From Spirochaetota bacterium (lineage in GTDB: Bacteria; Spirochaetota; UBA4802; UBA5550): DNA of 64,000 nucleotides. The translations under genes were made by a program, and so were the position numbers. Shown here piece by piece: positions 40,917-51,593 of the stretch. Below the pieces are notes generated by a model, which saw only the letters and a program-made list of their open reading frames with translations, ran no database searches and was not told where the DNA came from. The number at the start of each line of letters is the position of its first letter. The stretch's first letter is position 1. Location of the stretch: NCBI GenBank assembly GCA_963664815.2, contig CAXXHB010000003.1:64001-128000 (forward strand), in the 5' to 3' direction.

Positions 40917-42497
40917 TTATGGATGAATATAATTCATCGGATCAATTGCTTCCTCATTAACCCTTATTTCAAAATGAAGGTGGCAGCCATATGAATTTCC
41001 CGTGTTGCCGACGCGGCCGATTTTTTCACCTGCTTTAACCTTCTTCCCTTCGGTTGTATTTACTTCGCTGAGATGGCCATAAATTATTCTTGTGCCATCT
41101 TTAGTTTCAACGATTACATGAGATCCGTAACCGCAGGTTCCGCAGGTTCTGTTATCGATTACGGTTCGTATAACAGTTCCGTCAGTAGAGGAATGAACTT
41201 CCGTGCCTAGTGGTGCAGCCAGATCAATCCCGGAATGCATATTTGCCTTACCGTTTAACAGCCTCTTGCCGAATTTACTTGATATAAAATAAGTGCCTGC
41301 ATCTAAAGGTATCTGGAATAAATTATTTATATCGTCACCCTCTTCAAATGCATTTTTATCTTTTGACAGAAATGCTCCGAAGACCCAGCCGTCGTAATCC
41401 AGGTATTTGATTTTTACCCATTTCGATTTTTTACCGGCGAGTGTTACTTCTTCACTTTCAATCTCTGTCACTTTGACTTTTTCCTTATTCTGAAGGCTGA
41501 ACAGTACAGTGCTGAGGTCATCCGGGGCATCCCGCACCCTGAGAATATCCGGTTTTACGTAGAGATCGGCTCCCTTGTTGAGATATGAGGTAAAATCCGC
41601 GCCTGCTCCATCTCCTCCGCTGCCGCTGACTTCAGTCAGATAATATCCAAAAACCCATCCAGTGATGTCGTTTTTCCTGATTTTTGCCCATTTTGAACTT
41701 TTTCCTTCGTAGACATCTGAATGTGATGAATATTCGATAACTTCAACGGTTTCGTTTTTATTGAGGCTGTAAATTGTTTCACTGTCAAGAGAGGGCTCGG
41801 ATCTCACCTTGAGAATTGATGTGTTGACTTTCATGTTTTTCGGGAGGGAGGAATCATCTCCGGAGTATTGTGTAAGAATAAGAAGCCCTTCATTTTCCCG
41901 CGGATTTAAGCTGTCGCGGAAAGAGCAGTTGACTGATGGAGCGTCAGTGTCATAAATAAGCCCCGATTTTTTCCAGGAACCGGAAGGTTTTTTATTGAGT
42001 ATAAGGTTCAGTGGAATATATCCCTCTGTTCCGTCACCTTTTCTTATCAGAAGCCAGTCTTTTGTTATGCTCCTGTAGTTTTTATCTTTCTTTACATCAG
42101 GCTTCATCAATACCAGAACTTTATCACCCCTTGATACAGAGGCTGTGAATTCTTTTATGCTGTCATATGGGAGAGATCTCAGTTTGTAGCTGTCAGCTGC
42201 AAATGCATAATATTCGTTCGGCTTTTTAACTTTAGAGGAGGTGTTTTGTTCATCGATATCATCAGTTTTATCAGGATTAATTGGCATTTTGAGTTTCAGA
42301 TCGGGGGAAAAGTTTTTTACTTTCTCCTGAAAATCTGTAAATTTTTTAAGTATTTTTGCTCTTCTCTCTTCATCTTTTTTAATAATTTCATTCTGAAGAA
42401 GTTTATTTTTTTCTGAAATTTTTTCAGGAGAATTCTCTGCAGAAAGGGTATAAAAAGGGAATAAAAGTATTAACGTTATAAAAGCGTATTTTTTCAT
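40917..42497 (-). CDS. M23 metallopeptidase with multiple SH3 domains
   Basis: Signal peptide from MKKYAF (ATG 42497); three SH3b-like segments (GYIP, GWVFG twice); HSGID, YGHL and HLHFE M23 motifs. Confidence 0.92.
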   Translation of the reverse strand: MKKYAFITLILLFPFYTLSAENSPEKISEKNKLLQNEIIKKDEERRAKILKKFTDFQEKVKNFSPDLKLKMPINPDKTDDIDEQNTSSKVKKPNEYYAFAADSYKLRSLPYDSIKEFTASVSRGDKVLVLMKPDVKKDKNYRSITKDWLLIRKGDGTEGYIPLNLILNKKPSGSWKKSGLIYDTDAPSVNCSFRDSLNPRENEGLLILTQYSGDDSSLPKNMKVNTSILKVRSEPSLDSETIYSLNKNETVEVIEYSSHSDVYEGKSSKWAKIRKNDITGWVFGYYLTEVSGSGGDGAGADFTSYLNKGADLYVKPDILRVRDAPDDLSTVLFSLQNKEKVKVTEIESEEVTLAGKKSKWVKIKYLDYDGWVFGAFLSKDKNAFEEGDDINNLFQIPLDAGTYFISSKFGKRLLNGKANMHSGIDLAAPLGTEVHSSTDGTVIRTVIDNRTCGTCGYGSHVIVETKDGTRIIYGHLSEVNTTEGKKVKAGEKIGRVGNTGNSYGCHLHFEIRVNEEAIDPMNYIHP

Positions 42498-42722
42498 ATT
42501 CACCACTCGCAAAATTTAGTAATATAATTTACTCAATAAAGAATAGAAAAGTCAAATCTATTTATTGTGTCTAATTTAATCTTCTTTAAAAACCTCCAGT
42601 GGCGCTCTTCTCAGTTTTAAATTTAAATAAACTTGACTGACAGGTGATTTACTGCTGATATTGACGGAGATATTTAACAGTAATGTAATTTTTTATTATT
42701 TTTTTTTATAAGGATATAGCTG

Positions 42723-43202
42723 ATGAAACTTACAAATGAGCAGATACTGGCCATGTCGCAATATTCCTTTGTACGGATGGACGGGGCATGGTTTATGGGT
42801 GTTGCAAAAAAGTTTGGTATTGACGCTGCGTGGGAAATGGATATTGAGGCATGGAAACAGTTTTCATACCTGCTGGGGAAAAAAATGCGTAGTGATTATA
42901 TTCCGGAACCGGAATGGCCCGTGAGCTTTATTGATGCTGTGGAGATATTCAGTACAATTGTTAAAATGGAGGGGCGCAGCGTGCTGGTTGAAGGCAACTC
43001 TGTTATAGTAAGAGTAACAGATTGTGAGACACAAAAAGCAATTGCCAAAGCCGGAATTGCTGATTGCGGGATAGTAACAGTGGAGTCATACAAAAATCTT
43101 GTACGGGGACTTTTTCAGAAAGATATAGAGATTGACGTGGTCCACGCAAAAAACCTGAATCATAATGCCGATTGCTGTGAAGTAGTTATTACAAAGAAAT
43201 AG
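42723..43202 (+). CDS. DUF6125 / ATC-hydrolase-like (V4R-related) protein
   Basis: DGAWF...KKFG motif; Cys residues in VTDC, DCG and CCE. Confidence 0.7.
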   Translation: MKLTNEQILAMSQYSFVRMDGAWFMGVAKKFGIDAAWEMDIEAWKQFSYLLGKKMRSDYIPEPEWPVSFIDAVEIFSTIVKMEGRSVLVEGNSVIVRVTDCETQKAIAKAGIADCGIVTVESYKNLVRGLFQKDIEIDVVHAKNLNHNADCCEVVITKK

Positions 43203-43254
43203 TTTCAGGAATCTGTTTTATACAACTCAATTTATTAGTATGAAAATAATGCGG

Positions 43255-44172
43255 TCAGGTTATTTTTTTGGCCCGTTTTTTTATTTCAGAACTTCTTCTG
43301 CGCCTGACTATGAAAAGTCCATATCTTCCGTAGAGATTAAACAGATTTAGTGCCGCCGGGGCTATTTTTTCAAGCAGAGGTGTTAAATAAGTTATACTGA
43401 CTAACTTTCTGTAAAAACTATCAAAATTTTCAGCGGTAAAGGTAATGCTGCTGCCATTGTGTTTTAAGCCCCATCTCGCTGCAGTTTTTTCTGCGGCATT
43501 TGCTCCATCGCGCATCTGTAGTTCAATGTTAAATGGCGGATGCATTGTGTAAGGTGCTGTTTTTGTATTGTCTAATGAATCAGCTGCTGCAGATGCAAGC
43601 GCACTTCTGCTTTTAATCTTATCAGTCTGGCCGGATTCATCTTTTATAACAGGGAATACATTAATCCCTCTGATATCCTCTTCGGCTTCCATGCATGCAA
43701 CAGGGCAGCCGGAAAAGAAAACAGGTTTGATAGAAAATCTGTAAAGGGAAGAAGCAAAAAGCTGAAGTTCGGATACTCTTTTATTGTTAACAAGAATCCG
43801 TTTGTATCTTGAAGTAAGGGTATGTGCAATGAATCCCCCTGACCCGGAAGATGCATGAAACCCTATAAACATCACAGCCTCAGAATCATATACCTCTCCA
43901 ATTCCCGGTACAGGACCTTCTTTATAACCGTGAATAATATCTGCTCTTTCATCAATCAGTTCCGGCAGAAGATTATAGCCGGTACGGTGAAAATCCCTGA
44001 CATAAACTTTATCCGCGCCTTTTTCAAATAGTTTAGTGACTATGAAGTCTATATCGAGGGACATCTCTATGCATGCGTCGTACCATGATGAAGTGTTGAA
44101 AGAGGATGCTTCGTACCCGGCGCAGCCTGTACTCCCTTCTATATCTGCTATGATTAAAATATTTTTATACAT
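43255..44172 (-). CDS. M55 family D-aminopeptidase (DppA-like)
   Basis: ADIEG, DFHRTGYN, GFHA...AHT metal ligands; ATG at 44172 preferred. Confidence 0.88.
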   Translation of the reverse strand: MYKNILIIADIEGSTGCAGYEASSFNTSSWYDACIEMSLDIDFIVTKLFEKGADKVYVRDFHRTGYNLLPELIDERADIIHGYKEGPVPGIGEVYDSEAVMFIGFHASSGSGGFIAHTLTSRYKRILVNNKRVSELQLFASSLYRFSIKPVFFSGCPVACMEAEEDIRGINVFPVIKDESGQTDKIKSRSALASAAADSLDNTKTAPYTMHPPFNIELQMRDGANAAEKTAARWGLKHNGSSITFTAENFDSFYRKLVSITYLTPLLEKIAPAALNLFNLYGRYGLFIVRRRRSSEIKKRAKKIT

Positions 44173-44476
44173 TGACTTATGACTTCCGGTAATGACAGTA
44201 TTAACTGATACCATTTATTTTACAAGTCAACAGTTTTACACTGTATCTGTTATGCATCGCTTGTCTTTGATATTGAGTAATCATTTAACTTAATTTACCC
44301 CGGGTTGAAGTATTATAAAATACTTTTATATCAGGGCGTGTTTTTTATGCTTGGAAAAAGTGATTTTGTGATTTTCATATTGCTGAGATTTTTTATGAGA
44401 TGAAAAAATAAAAAATTCTTGAAACGGAGCACTAATATTATAAATTGTAGTCAACTATGTTAAAAAGGATTATAAA

Positions 44477-45016
44477 ATGAGAAAACTGTTCTATCTGTTA
44501 CTCGCGGGAATATTTTCCCTGCAGATGATTTCCTGTAAAACTGTTACTGTTGAAGATATACGCTCGAAAATAAAAGAGGAAAATGAAGATTTTCTGAATC
44601 CTGATAAAAAGGCGACGGAAGTTTTCCGCGTACTTTTAACCTCTGATGAGTACAGGGTAGTACAGTTAAAAAATGAAAAGACAATGGAACGGGTTAAGGA
44701 TGAAGGTGGAGATAAATATATCTCAAGTGAAATCCAGAAGCTGGATATGATAGACGAGGTGAGAGTAGGTGTAATCAGTGTATGGCTGTATCCGGATTCC
44801 GGAAGAATTATGAAGATCAGATCTATGAGGCCTACATATTTCAAGGAGGTGGACAGCCTTCTTAATGATGATATTATGAGATGGAACCTGATCTTTCCCA
44901 AAAAGGTAGTTGAACCTACAAAATTTGATATTGTGTACCGTGTTGTTCTCTCCAAAAAGCAGAGTGACGAGGATATAATAAAGGCGGTTCAGGACAGAAT
45001 GAAAGAAGGAGATTGA
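44477..45016 (+). CDS. Lipoprotein with possible TonB-C-like C-terminal fold
   Basis: Lipobox MIS-C; C-terminal VWLYPDSGRIMKIR...EVDSLLNDDIMRWNL pattern. Confidence 0.6.
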   Translation: MRKLFYLLLAGIFSLQMISCKTVTVEDIRSKIKEENEDFLNPDKKATEVFRVLLTSDEYRVVQLKNEKTMERVKDEGGDKYISSEIQKLDMIDEVRVGVISVWLYPDSGRIMKIRSMRPTYFKEVDSLLNDDIMRWNLIFPKKVVEPTKFDIVYRVVLSKKQSDEDIIKAVQDRMKEGD

Positions 45017-45222
45017 TAGAAAGAAGGTAATTATATAGAAAGAAGGAGATTAATAAATATTCTGTTTTACAATATAACGCATGTCAGGGTCATTTATTAA
45101 TTAAAAAAAGTGTAACTATTACAGAGATAGATATCTAACTTTATAAAAATATAGTCTTATTTGCATACTACCCATTTTATCCTCAAATATTAACCCCCTG
45201 ATAAAAAGAGGAGATAAAAATT

Positions 45223-47802
45223 ATGAGAATGGATCGATTAACTCTCAGGGCGCAGGATGTTATCAACAGTGCGCAGAATATTGCTGCAGAGAACAACAGT
45301 GTTGAAATTCACCCTGAACATATTCTTAAGGCTGCAGCCGATCAGGATGGGGGAATCTTCAGTGCGATTGCCGAGAAACTCGGCGCGTCTTTAAAAGATG
45401 TTAAAAATGAAATAAACCAGCATATATCCTCTATGCCCAGGCAGACCGGCGGCGGTCCTGGCGGGGGTGCTCTTTCACCGAAGACAAGAGATCTGCTGAA
45501 TGAAGGGTGGAACCATGCCGTAAATCTCGGAGATCAATACCTGAGTACGGAACATCTTGTTCTTGCACTTTCAACCAGTGACAGCTCAAAGGCAAAACAT
45601 ATTCTCAATTCACACGGGTTTAATAAAGAGAGTATTCTGAGAGTCCTGATGGACGTCCGCGGCAACAAGAAAGCCGAGGATGAACATGCCGAGGATAAGT
45701 ATAACGCCCTTGCAAAGTACAGCCGTGATCTTACAGATTATGCAAGAATGAATAAGCTTGATCCGGTCATTGGCAGGGATGAGGAGATTCGCCGTGTTAT
45801 GCAGGTTCTCTCCCGCAGAACAAAGAATAATCCTGTACTTATCGGGGAGCCTGGAGTCGGGAAGACCGCTATCGTTGAGGGGCTTGCACAGAGAATAGTA
45901 CAGGGAGATGTTCCGGAAAGCCTTAAAAACAAAAGACTTATTGCACTGGACATGGGCGCGCTGATTGCGGGAGCGAAGTACAGGGGCGAGTTCGAGGAGA
46001 GACTTAAAAGCGTAGTGGAGGAGGTTGAGGAATCGGCCGGTGAAATAATACTTTTTATTGATGAGCTGCATACGTTGGTTGGCGCCGGTGCGGCTGAAGG
46101 ATCCATGGACGCATCAAACATGCTTAAACCTGCCCTTTCACGCGGTGCAATGCGGACAATTGGCGCCACGACTCTTTCTGAATACCAGAAATATATTGAA
46201 AAGGACAAAGCCCTTGAAAGGAGATTCCAGCCGGTATTTGCTACGGAACCGTCAGTTGAGGATACAATTGCCATACTGCGCGGACTTAAGGAGAAGTACG
46301 AGGTTCATCATGGTGTGAGAATATCGGACTCTGCATGTGTTGCAGCTGCAGTTCTCTCCAGCAGGTATATAACCGACCGCTTTCTTCCGGATAAGGCGGT
46401 TGATCTGATAGATGAAGCCGCATCTCTCATAAAAATGGAGATAGATTCAATGCCAACTGAGATTGATGAAATTGAGAGAAGAATACGGCAGCTTATGATA
46501 GAGAGCGAGGCGCTGAAGAAAGAAAAGGATACCGCTTCAAAGGAACGCCTTGATAAAATAGAGAGGGAACTGGCCGAGCTTAACGAAAGTAAAAATGTTC
46601 TCGTGGTACAGTGGCGCAAGGAAAAAGAGATTATAAAAAAAATCAGCAATGTCAAGGAAGCCATCGAACAGTACAGGATTGAAGAACAGCGGGCGGAGAG
46701 AGAGGGTAACCTCAATCGCGTTGCCGAGATAAGGTATGGTAAAATTGTTGAACTTGAAAAAGAGATAAATGAGCTGAACAGCAGGGCAGGGGAGATACAG
46801 GGTGAAAATTCCCTTCTGAAAGAGGAGGTCACAGACCAGGAGATTGCGGCGGTTGTTGCAAGGTGGACTGGTATCCCGGTAGCAAGAATGCTTGAGGGGG
46901 AGAAAGAGAAGCTTATAAATATGGAGAAGATAATCGAAAAACGTGTCATTGGTCAGAGAAAGGCTGTGGAGGCTATTTCAGGCGCGGTTAGAAGGTCACG
47001 TTCCGGCATACAGGATCCAAACAGGCCTGTGGGGACATTTATTTTTCTGGGACCTACCGGTGTTGGTAAAACTGAAACCGCGAAGGCCGTGGCGGAGTTT
47101 CTCTTTAACGACGAGAAGTCTGTTATACGAATAGATATGTCTGAATACATGGAAAAACATGCTGTAGCAAGGCTTATCGGCGCGCCTCCCGGATACGTGG
47201 GATACGAAGAGGGGGGGCAGCTCACAGAGGCTGTCAGAAGAAGACCCTATAGCGTAATTCTCTTTGATGAGATTGAGAAGGCCCACCATGATGTATTCAA
47301 TATATTCCTCCAGATACTTGACGAGGGGAGGCTTACCGATTCGAAAGGGCGTGTTGTGGATTTAAAGAACACTCTTATAATAATGACTTCGAATATCGGT
47401 ACTTCATATATAAGCGATCAGTCGATACCTGAAGAGAAGAGAATGGCCGGGATTGAGCAGGAATTGAAGATGAACTTCAAGCCTGAGTTCCTCAACAGAG
47501 TGGACGAGATTATTGTATTCAATCCTCTGACAAAAGAGAATATAGCAGACATAGTGAAGACTCAGCTTGCGGATGTTGCCCTGAGGCTCAAGGATAGGGG
47601 GCTTTTGCTTGAGATTACGCGAAGCGCCCTTGATTTCCTGGCGAAAGAGGGGTATGATCCTGCTTTCGGCGCAAGACCGCTTAAACGGGCGATACAGAAG
47701 TATATTCTGAATCCTCTGTCTGTAAAAATCCTTTCAGGTGATTTTAAAGAGAATTCCGCTATCAGGATGGATATAAAAGGGGGCGAACCTGTTTTTATAT
47801 GA
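45223..47802 (+). CDS. clpB: ATP-dependent chaperone ClpB
   Basis: Clp N-domain, GEPGVGKT and GPTGVGKT Walker A motifs, long coiled-coil middle domain, [16 protein letters not shown]; 859 aa. Confidence 0.97.
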   Translation: MRMDRLTLRAQDVINSAQNIAAENNSVEIHPEHILKAAADQDGGIFSAIAEKLGASLKDVKNEINQHISSMPRQTGGGPGGGALSPKTRDLLNEGWNHAVNLGDQYLSTEHLVLALSTSDSSKAKHILNSHGFNKESILRVLMDVRGNKKAEDEHAEDKYNALAKYSRDLTDYARMNKLDPVIGRDEEIRRVMQVLSRRTKNNPVLIGEPGVGKTAIVEGLAQRIVQGDVPESLKNKRLIALDMGALIAGAKYRGEFEERLKSVVEEVEESAGEIILFIDELHTLVGAGAAEGSMDASNMLKPALSRGAMRTIGATTLSEYQKYIEKDKALERRFQPVFATEPSVEDTIAILRGLKEKYEVHHGVRISDSACVAAAVLSSRYITDRFLPDKAVDLIDEAASLIKMEIDSMPTEIDEIERRIRQLMIESEALKKEKDTASKERLDKIERELAELNESKNVLVVQWRKEKEIIKKISNVKEAIEQYRIEEQRAEREGNLNRVAEIRYGKIVELEKEINELNSRAGEIQGENSLLKEEVTDQEIAAVVARWTGIPVARMLEGEKEKLINMEKIIEKRVIGQRKAVEAISGAVRRSRSGIQDPNRPVGTFIFLGPTGVGKTETAKAVAEFLFNDEKSVIRIDMSEYMEKHAVARLIGAPPGYVGYEEGGQLTEAVRRRPYSVILFDEIEKAHHDVFNIFLQILDEGRLTDSKGRVVDLKNTLIIMTSNIGTSYISDQSIPEEKRMAGIEQELKMNFKPEFLNRVDEIIVFNPLTKENIADIVKTQLADVALRLKDRGLLLEITRSALDFLAKEGYDPAFGARPLKRAIQKYILNPLSVKILSGDFKENSAIRMDIKGGEPVFI

Positions 47803-47825
47803 AAAACGGGTTCTGCTTCTTTTCC

Positions 47826-47859
47826 TGCCGCTCTGATTTTTAAGTTATCAAAGCGGCAG
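47826..47859 (+). terminator. Hairpin after clpB
   Basis: CTGCCGCT...AGCGGCAG stem. Confidence 0.45.
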
Positions 47860-47932
47860 AATTAAAAATCTTTCTTGAATTATTTATTTGCCTGCTGTAG
47901 ATTAAGACAGCGATCTGCTATTGAGGCACCTG

Positions 47933-48997
47933 ATGAAAAACAGACTTTTAATTATTATGCTGTTTGTACTCTTTTTTTCTGTGGACCTGTATGCATTGAC
48001 AGTTTCCGTTGATTTCGGCAATACAACACTTAATACGGTTTTGGCCCCAAAGGTTGCAACGGAGATATCAAACCAGATTGCAAAGTATGATAATATGCCT
48101 GAACTTGCAAAGGGTTTCGGAAATGCCAACACTTATGCCTCTCATGCCGCGACTTTAAGGGGATACCAGGGTTATGATCTTTTTGCCATATCCGGCGGAG
48201 CAATGCTTTCAGTCCAGGCTCCTGATAAAAACCCGAAGTTTTATAATGATCTCAAGGATAAACTTGATAACGGGGATGTTTATGCCGGTTTAGGAGGAAA
48301 TCCTGCGGTTGGGCAACTGGGTATTAATCTTGGATTTATTACAGACGGGCTTTACATCTCCTTTAAATTCGGAAAATTCAGTTATGGAATTGATCAATCT
48401 GACATTAAGATCGATTATAAATCCAGGCTTTATGGAGTTCTTGTAAACTACCAGTTCTTTGGAGAGGAGGCGATATTTAAACGTATTTTTTTATGGAGAG
48501 GCTTATCCGTTGAGTCAGGTTATATTTATTCAAATAACGTGGTTTCTTTCTATAAGGATATTGATGCAGTTACTGTCAGCAATGGTGGTTATACTGCAAC
48601 AGTAGATCCGTCTATAGATCTTGTTCTTGATACAAGATCAGGAGTTGTTCCTATAGAGGTTTATACATCAATAAGGTTTCTTTATGTGGCAAATATAGGT
48701 GTTGGCGGGGGTATAGATTTTGTCCCTCATGGAAGCACCAGTTTCAAACTTAAAAGTGCCGGAACTATATCGGTTACCGGCGATTCAGTTACCCCCGCTC
48801 CTGCAACCCTGGTTGGCACCAAAGGTTCAGTAACAATTGACGCAGGGACAAGAGATAAGGAGCCTGATTTCTGCAGACCCAAGCTTATGATAAATATGGG
48901 ATTAAGTGCAGGGCCGGTATTTATAGATATTCCTCTTGCCTATTATTTTACGGATAACGGTTATGCGGTTGGTGTTTCTGCCGGTTTTGCCTGGTAG
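47933..48997 (+). CDS. Probable outer-membrane beta-barrel protein (Lsa36-like spirochaete surface protein)
   Basis: Signal peptide, amphipathic beta-strand pattern, C-terminal aromatic BAM-type signature (GVSAGFAW); family assignment from recollection only. Confidence 0.65.
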   Translation: MKNRLLIIMLFVLFFSVDLYALTVSVDFGNTTLNTVLAPKVATEISNQIAKYDNMPELAKGFGNANTYASHAATLRGYQGYDLFAISGGAMLSVQAPDKNPKFYNDLKDKLDNGDVYAGLGGNPAVGQLGINLGFITDGLYISFKFGKFSYGIDQSDIKIDYKSRLYGVLVNYQFFGEEAIFKRIFLWRGLSVESGYIYSNNVVSFYKDIDAVTVSNGGYTATVDPSIDLVLDTRSGVVPIEVYTSIRFLYVANIGVGGGIDFVPHGSTSFKLKSAGTISVTGDSVTPAPATLVGTKGSVTIDAGTRDKEPDFCRPKLMINMGLSAGPVFIDIPLAYYFTDNGYAVGVSAGFAW

Positions 48998-49060
48998 GAA
49001 ATATTTATTTTTTTCATAAACTCTTGACATTTTTTTATGCTTAATAATTGTTAATTTCTG

Positions 49061-49200
49061 TTAAATAAAAACCTTTATGGTAGTATTAAATATACTTTTC
49101 AAAGAACTCTGGGTAAAAAAATAATTTTTATGCTGACGCAGCATAAGCTTATTCTTCCCATGGTGTAGTTGTTATATATTCCGGAGGGTTTTTAATTTAA
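49061..49200 (+). other. Candidate 140-nt long irregular hairpin (ncRNA or structured leader) upstream of ferredoxin
   Basis: Nested complementarity: TTAAATAAAAACC/GGTTTTTAATTTAA, TGGG/CCCA, AATAA/TTATT, TTATGCTG-acg-CAGCATAA. Confidence 0.4.
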
Positions 49201-49228
49201 TAAATTTTATTTTCTTCAGGAGGAAACT

Positions 49229-49402
49229 ATGGCTTACAAAATCGATAAAGATGCCTGTACAAATTGCGGTGCATGCGCTGCCGAGTGTCCGGTTGAAGCA
49301 ATAGCTGAAAAAGGCGACGTTCATGCAATTAACCCGGATGTATGTATTGACTGTGGTTCATGTGAAAGCGTTTGTCCTGCTGATGCCATCTCTGCGGGTT
49401 GA
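49229..49402 (+). CDS. 2[4Fe-4S] ferredoxin (57 aa)
   Basis: Below the ORF-track cut-off. AGGAGG RBS; MAYKIDKDACTNCGACAAECPVEAI...CIDCGSCESVCPADAISAG has two CxxCxxCxxxCP motifs. Confidence 0.97.
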   Translation: MAYKIDKDACTNCGACAAECPVEAIAEKGDVHAINPDVCIDCGSCESVCPADAISAG

Positions 49403-49415
49403 AATTGGAATTATT

Positions 49416-49459
49416 TCGCGGATAAAAAAACCGGTCTAAACCGGTTTTTTTATCCGCGA
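49416..49459. terminator. Bidirectional intrinsic terminator
   Basis: Perfect 20-bp stem TCGCGGATAAAAAAACCGGT-ctaa-ACCGGTTTTTTTATCCGCGA between convergent genes. Confidence 0.9.
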
Positions 49460-49478
49460 TCTGTGAATTGGGATCAGA

Positions 49479-50726
49479 TCAGTTTTTATCCAGTTTCACT
49501 GCAAACATCCTTATTATTGCAGGAAGCGATGCTGCTACAGGAATTATAGTCCCGGCAGTTGTTATGGTTGCTATAGTAGCTGCGGATATGTCAAGAGTCA
49601 GTTTTACGCCGGGTATGCTTATTGATTGAAGTATATATATTTTTAAGTACTGGATTATAAAAATTCCACCCCATGATGCAAGAAAACCCATGAGCGCAAA
49701 TTTTATCAGGATTGTAAGAGCTATAAAAAATTTAGAGGCACCGAGAGTTCTCATTATACGGTAGTAATCAATTCTTCCCCATACGGCTGTAACTGAGCAT
49801 AATGCTGTTGTTACAACAGCGAGTATGGAAACAAGGGAAATCATAAGGGTTATAAAGGCATTTACTACTCTTTTAAGTTTCAGTATCTCTGAGGAGAGGC
49901 TTTCTCCTGTTTCAACAACATATCCCATCTTTTTAATACGGGTTTTGACATCTTCAAAGTATTTGTGATCTTTAACCTTGACCAGACTGAACATGTATCT
50001 TCCGCTTTTTTCAAACTTTTTATTTATCTCTTCCGCGGCTTTAAGTGGAATTACAAGCCCCATTATATTAACTTTATCTGTGTAGCCTGCAACAACAGAT
50101 GATGAATCATATGCTCCATCAATGCCCGCTACGCTTGAACGCCCGAAAGAGAGCTTGAATTTTAATCCAGAGAGTCTGTCGGGGACAATTTCAGGGAGTG
50201 CATTTGCCGCTGCGAGACCGTTGTTATATGAATCGATCAGAGCTTTCGGTACAAGCACAGGGATCCCCTTTTCATGAGTTCCCCTGATCCATGCCTGTTT
50301 CATCTCTTTGCTTTTAAGATCATTTTCAACAAAGCTGTAACTAGTTCCGGCGCAGATAAGATCAGTTTTATACTGAAACGAAAAGAAATATATTGTTGCC
50401 GATGTAGGAACAGTTACAGCCATTGCGGGATCAACCCTTTTAACACCGGGGATGTTCGTTATTCTGTTTATGGCGGTACTGTTCAGTTCTTTACCGGTAC
50501 CGGTGGAGAAAAGGAAGACACTTTTGCTTTCACCCGGCTTTACCTTTATTTCATCCGGAGGTATCGCCGAAGCAAAATTGTTTTTTATATAATTATTAAA
50601 ATTATCTGAAAGAATATTGAATGAAACTATAGCCGATACTGAGAGAAGTATTACGCAGAATACTATGAATGAGATGAACTTTCCGCCGGCGAGTTCCTTT
50701 TTTATAAGATATAATTTACTGAGCAT
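49479..50726 (-). CDS. ABC transporter permease (MacB/FtsX-like)
   Basis: 1+3 TM topology with a large periplasmic loop; IMRTLGAS motif. Confidence 0.88.
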   Translation of the reverse strand: MLSKLYLIKKELAGGKFISFIVFCVILLSVSAIVSFNILSDNFNNYIKNNFASAIPPDEIKVKPGESKSVFLFSTGTGKELNSTAINRITNIPGVKRVDPAMAVTVPTSATIYFFSFQYKTDLICAGTSYSFVENDLKSKEMKQAWIRGTHEKGIPVLVPKALIDSYNNGLAAANALPEIVPDRLSGLKFKLSFGRSSVAGIDGAYDSSSVVAGYTDKVNIMGLVIPLKAAEEINKKFEKSGRYMFSLVKVKDHKYFEDVKTRIKKMGYVVETGESLSSEILKLKRVVNAFITLMISLVSILAVVTTALCSVTAVWGRIDYYRIMRTLGASKFFIALTILIKFALMGFLASWGGIFIIQYLKIYILQSISIPGVKLTLDISAATIATITTAGTIIPVAASLPAIIRMFAVKLDKN

Positions 50727-51394
50727 TAAAGTTCTGTAAGTCTCCCTTTGTCCATTTTATATGATCTGTCCGCTTTTTTAAGCATATACTCCTTGTGAGT
50801 AACGATGATTATAGATTTTCCTTCGCGTTTAAGCATTTCAAGAAGTGAAAAAATTTCATTGGATGTTTCAATATCAAGATTTGCATCCGGTTCGTCGGCG
50901 AGTATCAGAGAAGGTCTGTTAACAATAGCGCGTGCTATTGCTACCCGCTGCTTCTGTCCGCCTGACAGGAGTCCCGCTTTTGTGTTCTGATATTCCGCTA
51001 TCCCCGCTTTCCCGAGAATTTCAACAGCGTAATTTCTCACGGCAGATCCCGCCTTTCCTTTTATACGGGCGGGCATCATCACATTTGACATGACAGTTTC
51101 ATCATCAAGAAGACGAAATGTCTGGAAAATCTGCCCGATCTCTCTGTTCCTTATTCTTGACATTGAAAAGTCTGAATAATATTTCAGCTTTTTTTCTCTG
51201 AAGTAAATCTGACCATTGTCCGGTTTTGTAATTCCGGTAATAATGTTGAGCAGTGTGGTTTTACCACAACCAGACCTTCCTGTAATAGCTATAATCTCTC
51301 CTTTGTCAAGTTCCAGAGAGAGGTCTCTGATCACGGGGATTTTTTCACCGGCAATCCTGTATGATTTATTGATGTTTTTAACTGATATTATCAT
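50726..51394 (-). CDS. ABC transporter ATP-binding protein (LolD/MacB-like)
   Basis: GRSGCGKTT, LSGGQKQRVAIARA, ILADEP, IVTH. Confidence 0.95.
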   Translation of the reverse strand: MIISVKNINKSYRIAGEKIPVIRDLSLELDKGEIIAITGRSGCGKTTLLNIITGITKPDNGQIYFREKKLKYYSDFSMSRIRNREIGQIFQTFRLLDDETVMSNVMMPARIKGKAGSAVRNYAVEILGKAGIAEYQNTKAGLLSGGQKQRVAIARAIVNRPSLILADEPDANLDIETSNEIFSLLEMLKREGKSIIIVTHKEYMLKKADRSYKMDKGRLTEL

Positions 51395-51396
51395 AA

Positions 51397-51582
51397 TCAG
51401 ATATCGGTCAGAAGCTTTCCGCCTGCCGCCCAGTTTTCCCTTTCTACCTCGTCAAAGACAACATATGTAGTCTTTGGATCTTTCCCCGCAACTTCCTCAA
51501 GTGCCGAGGTGATTTTAGAAGCCAGGGCCTTTTTCTGATCCTTTGTCAGAGGACCTGCAACCATAACATTTACAAAAGGCAT
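51397..51582 (-). CDS. 4-oxalocrotonate tautomerase family protein
   Basis: AGGAGG RBS; Pro-1 after Met removal, LTKDQKKAL..IT, VVFDEV..ENWAAGG; 61 aa. Confidence 0.93.
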   Translation of the reverse strand: MPFVNVMVAGPLTKDQKKALASKITSALEEVAGKDPKTTYVVFDEVERENWAAGGKLLTDI

Positions 51583-51593
51583 TTTTCCTCCTT

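Noticed and set aside
45610-47289. Several long antisense ORFs (up to 213 aa) in clpB
   Set aside because: Typical antisense shadows of a conserved gene.
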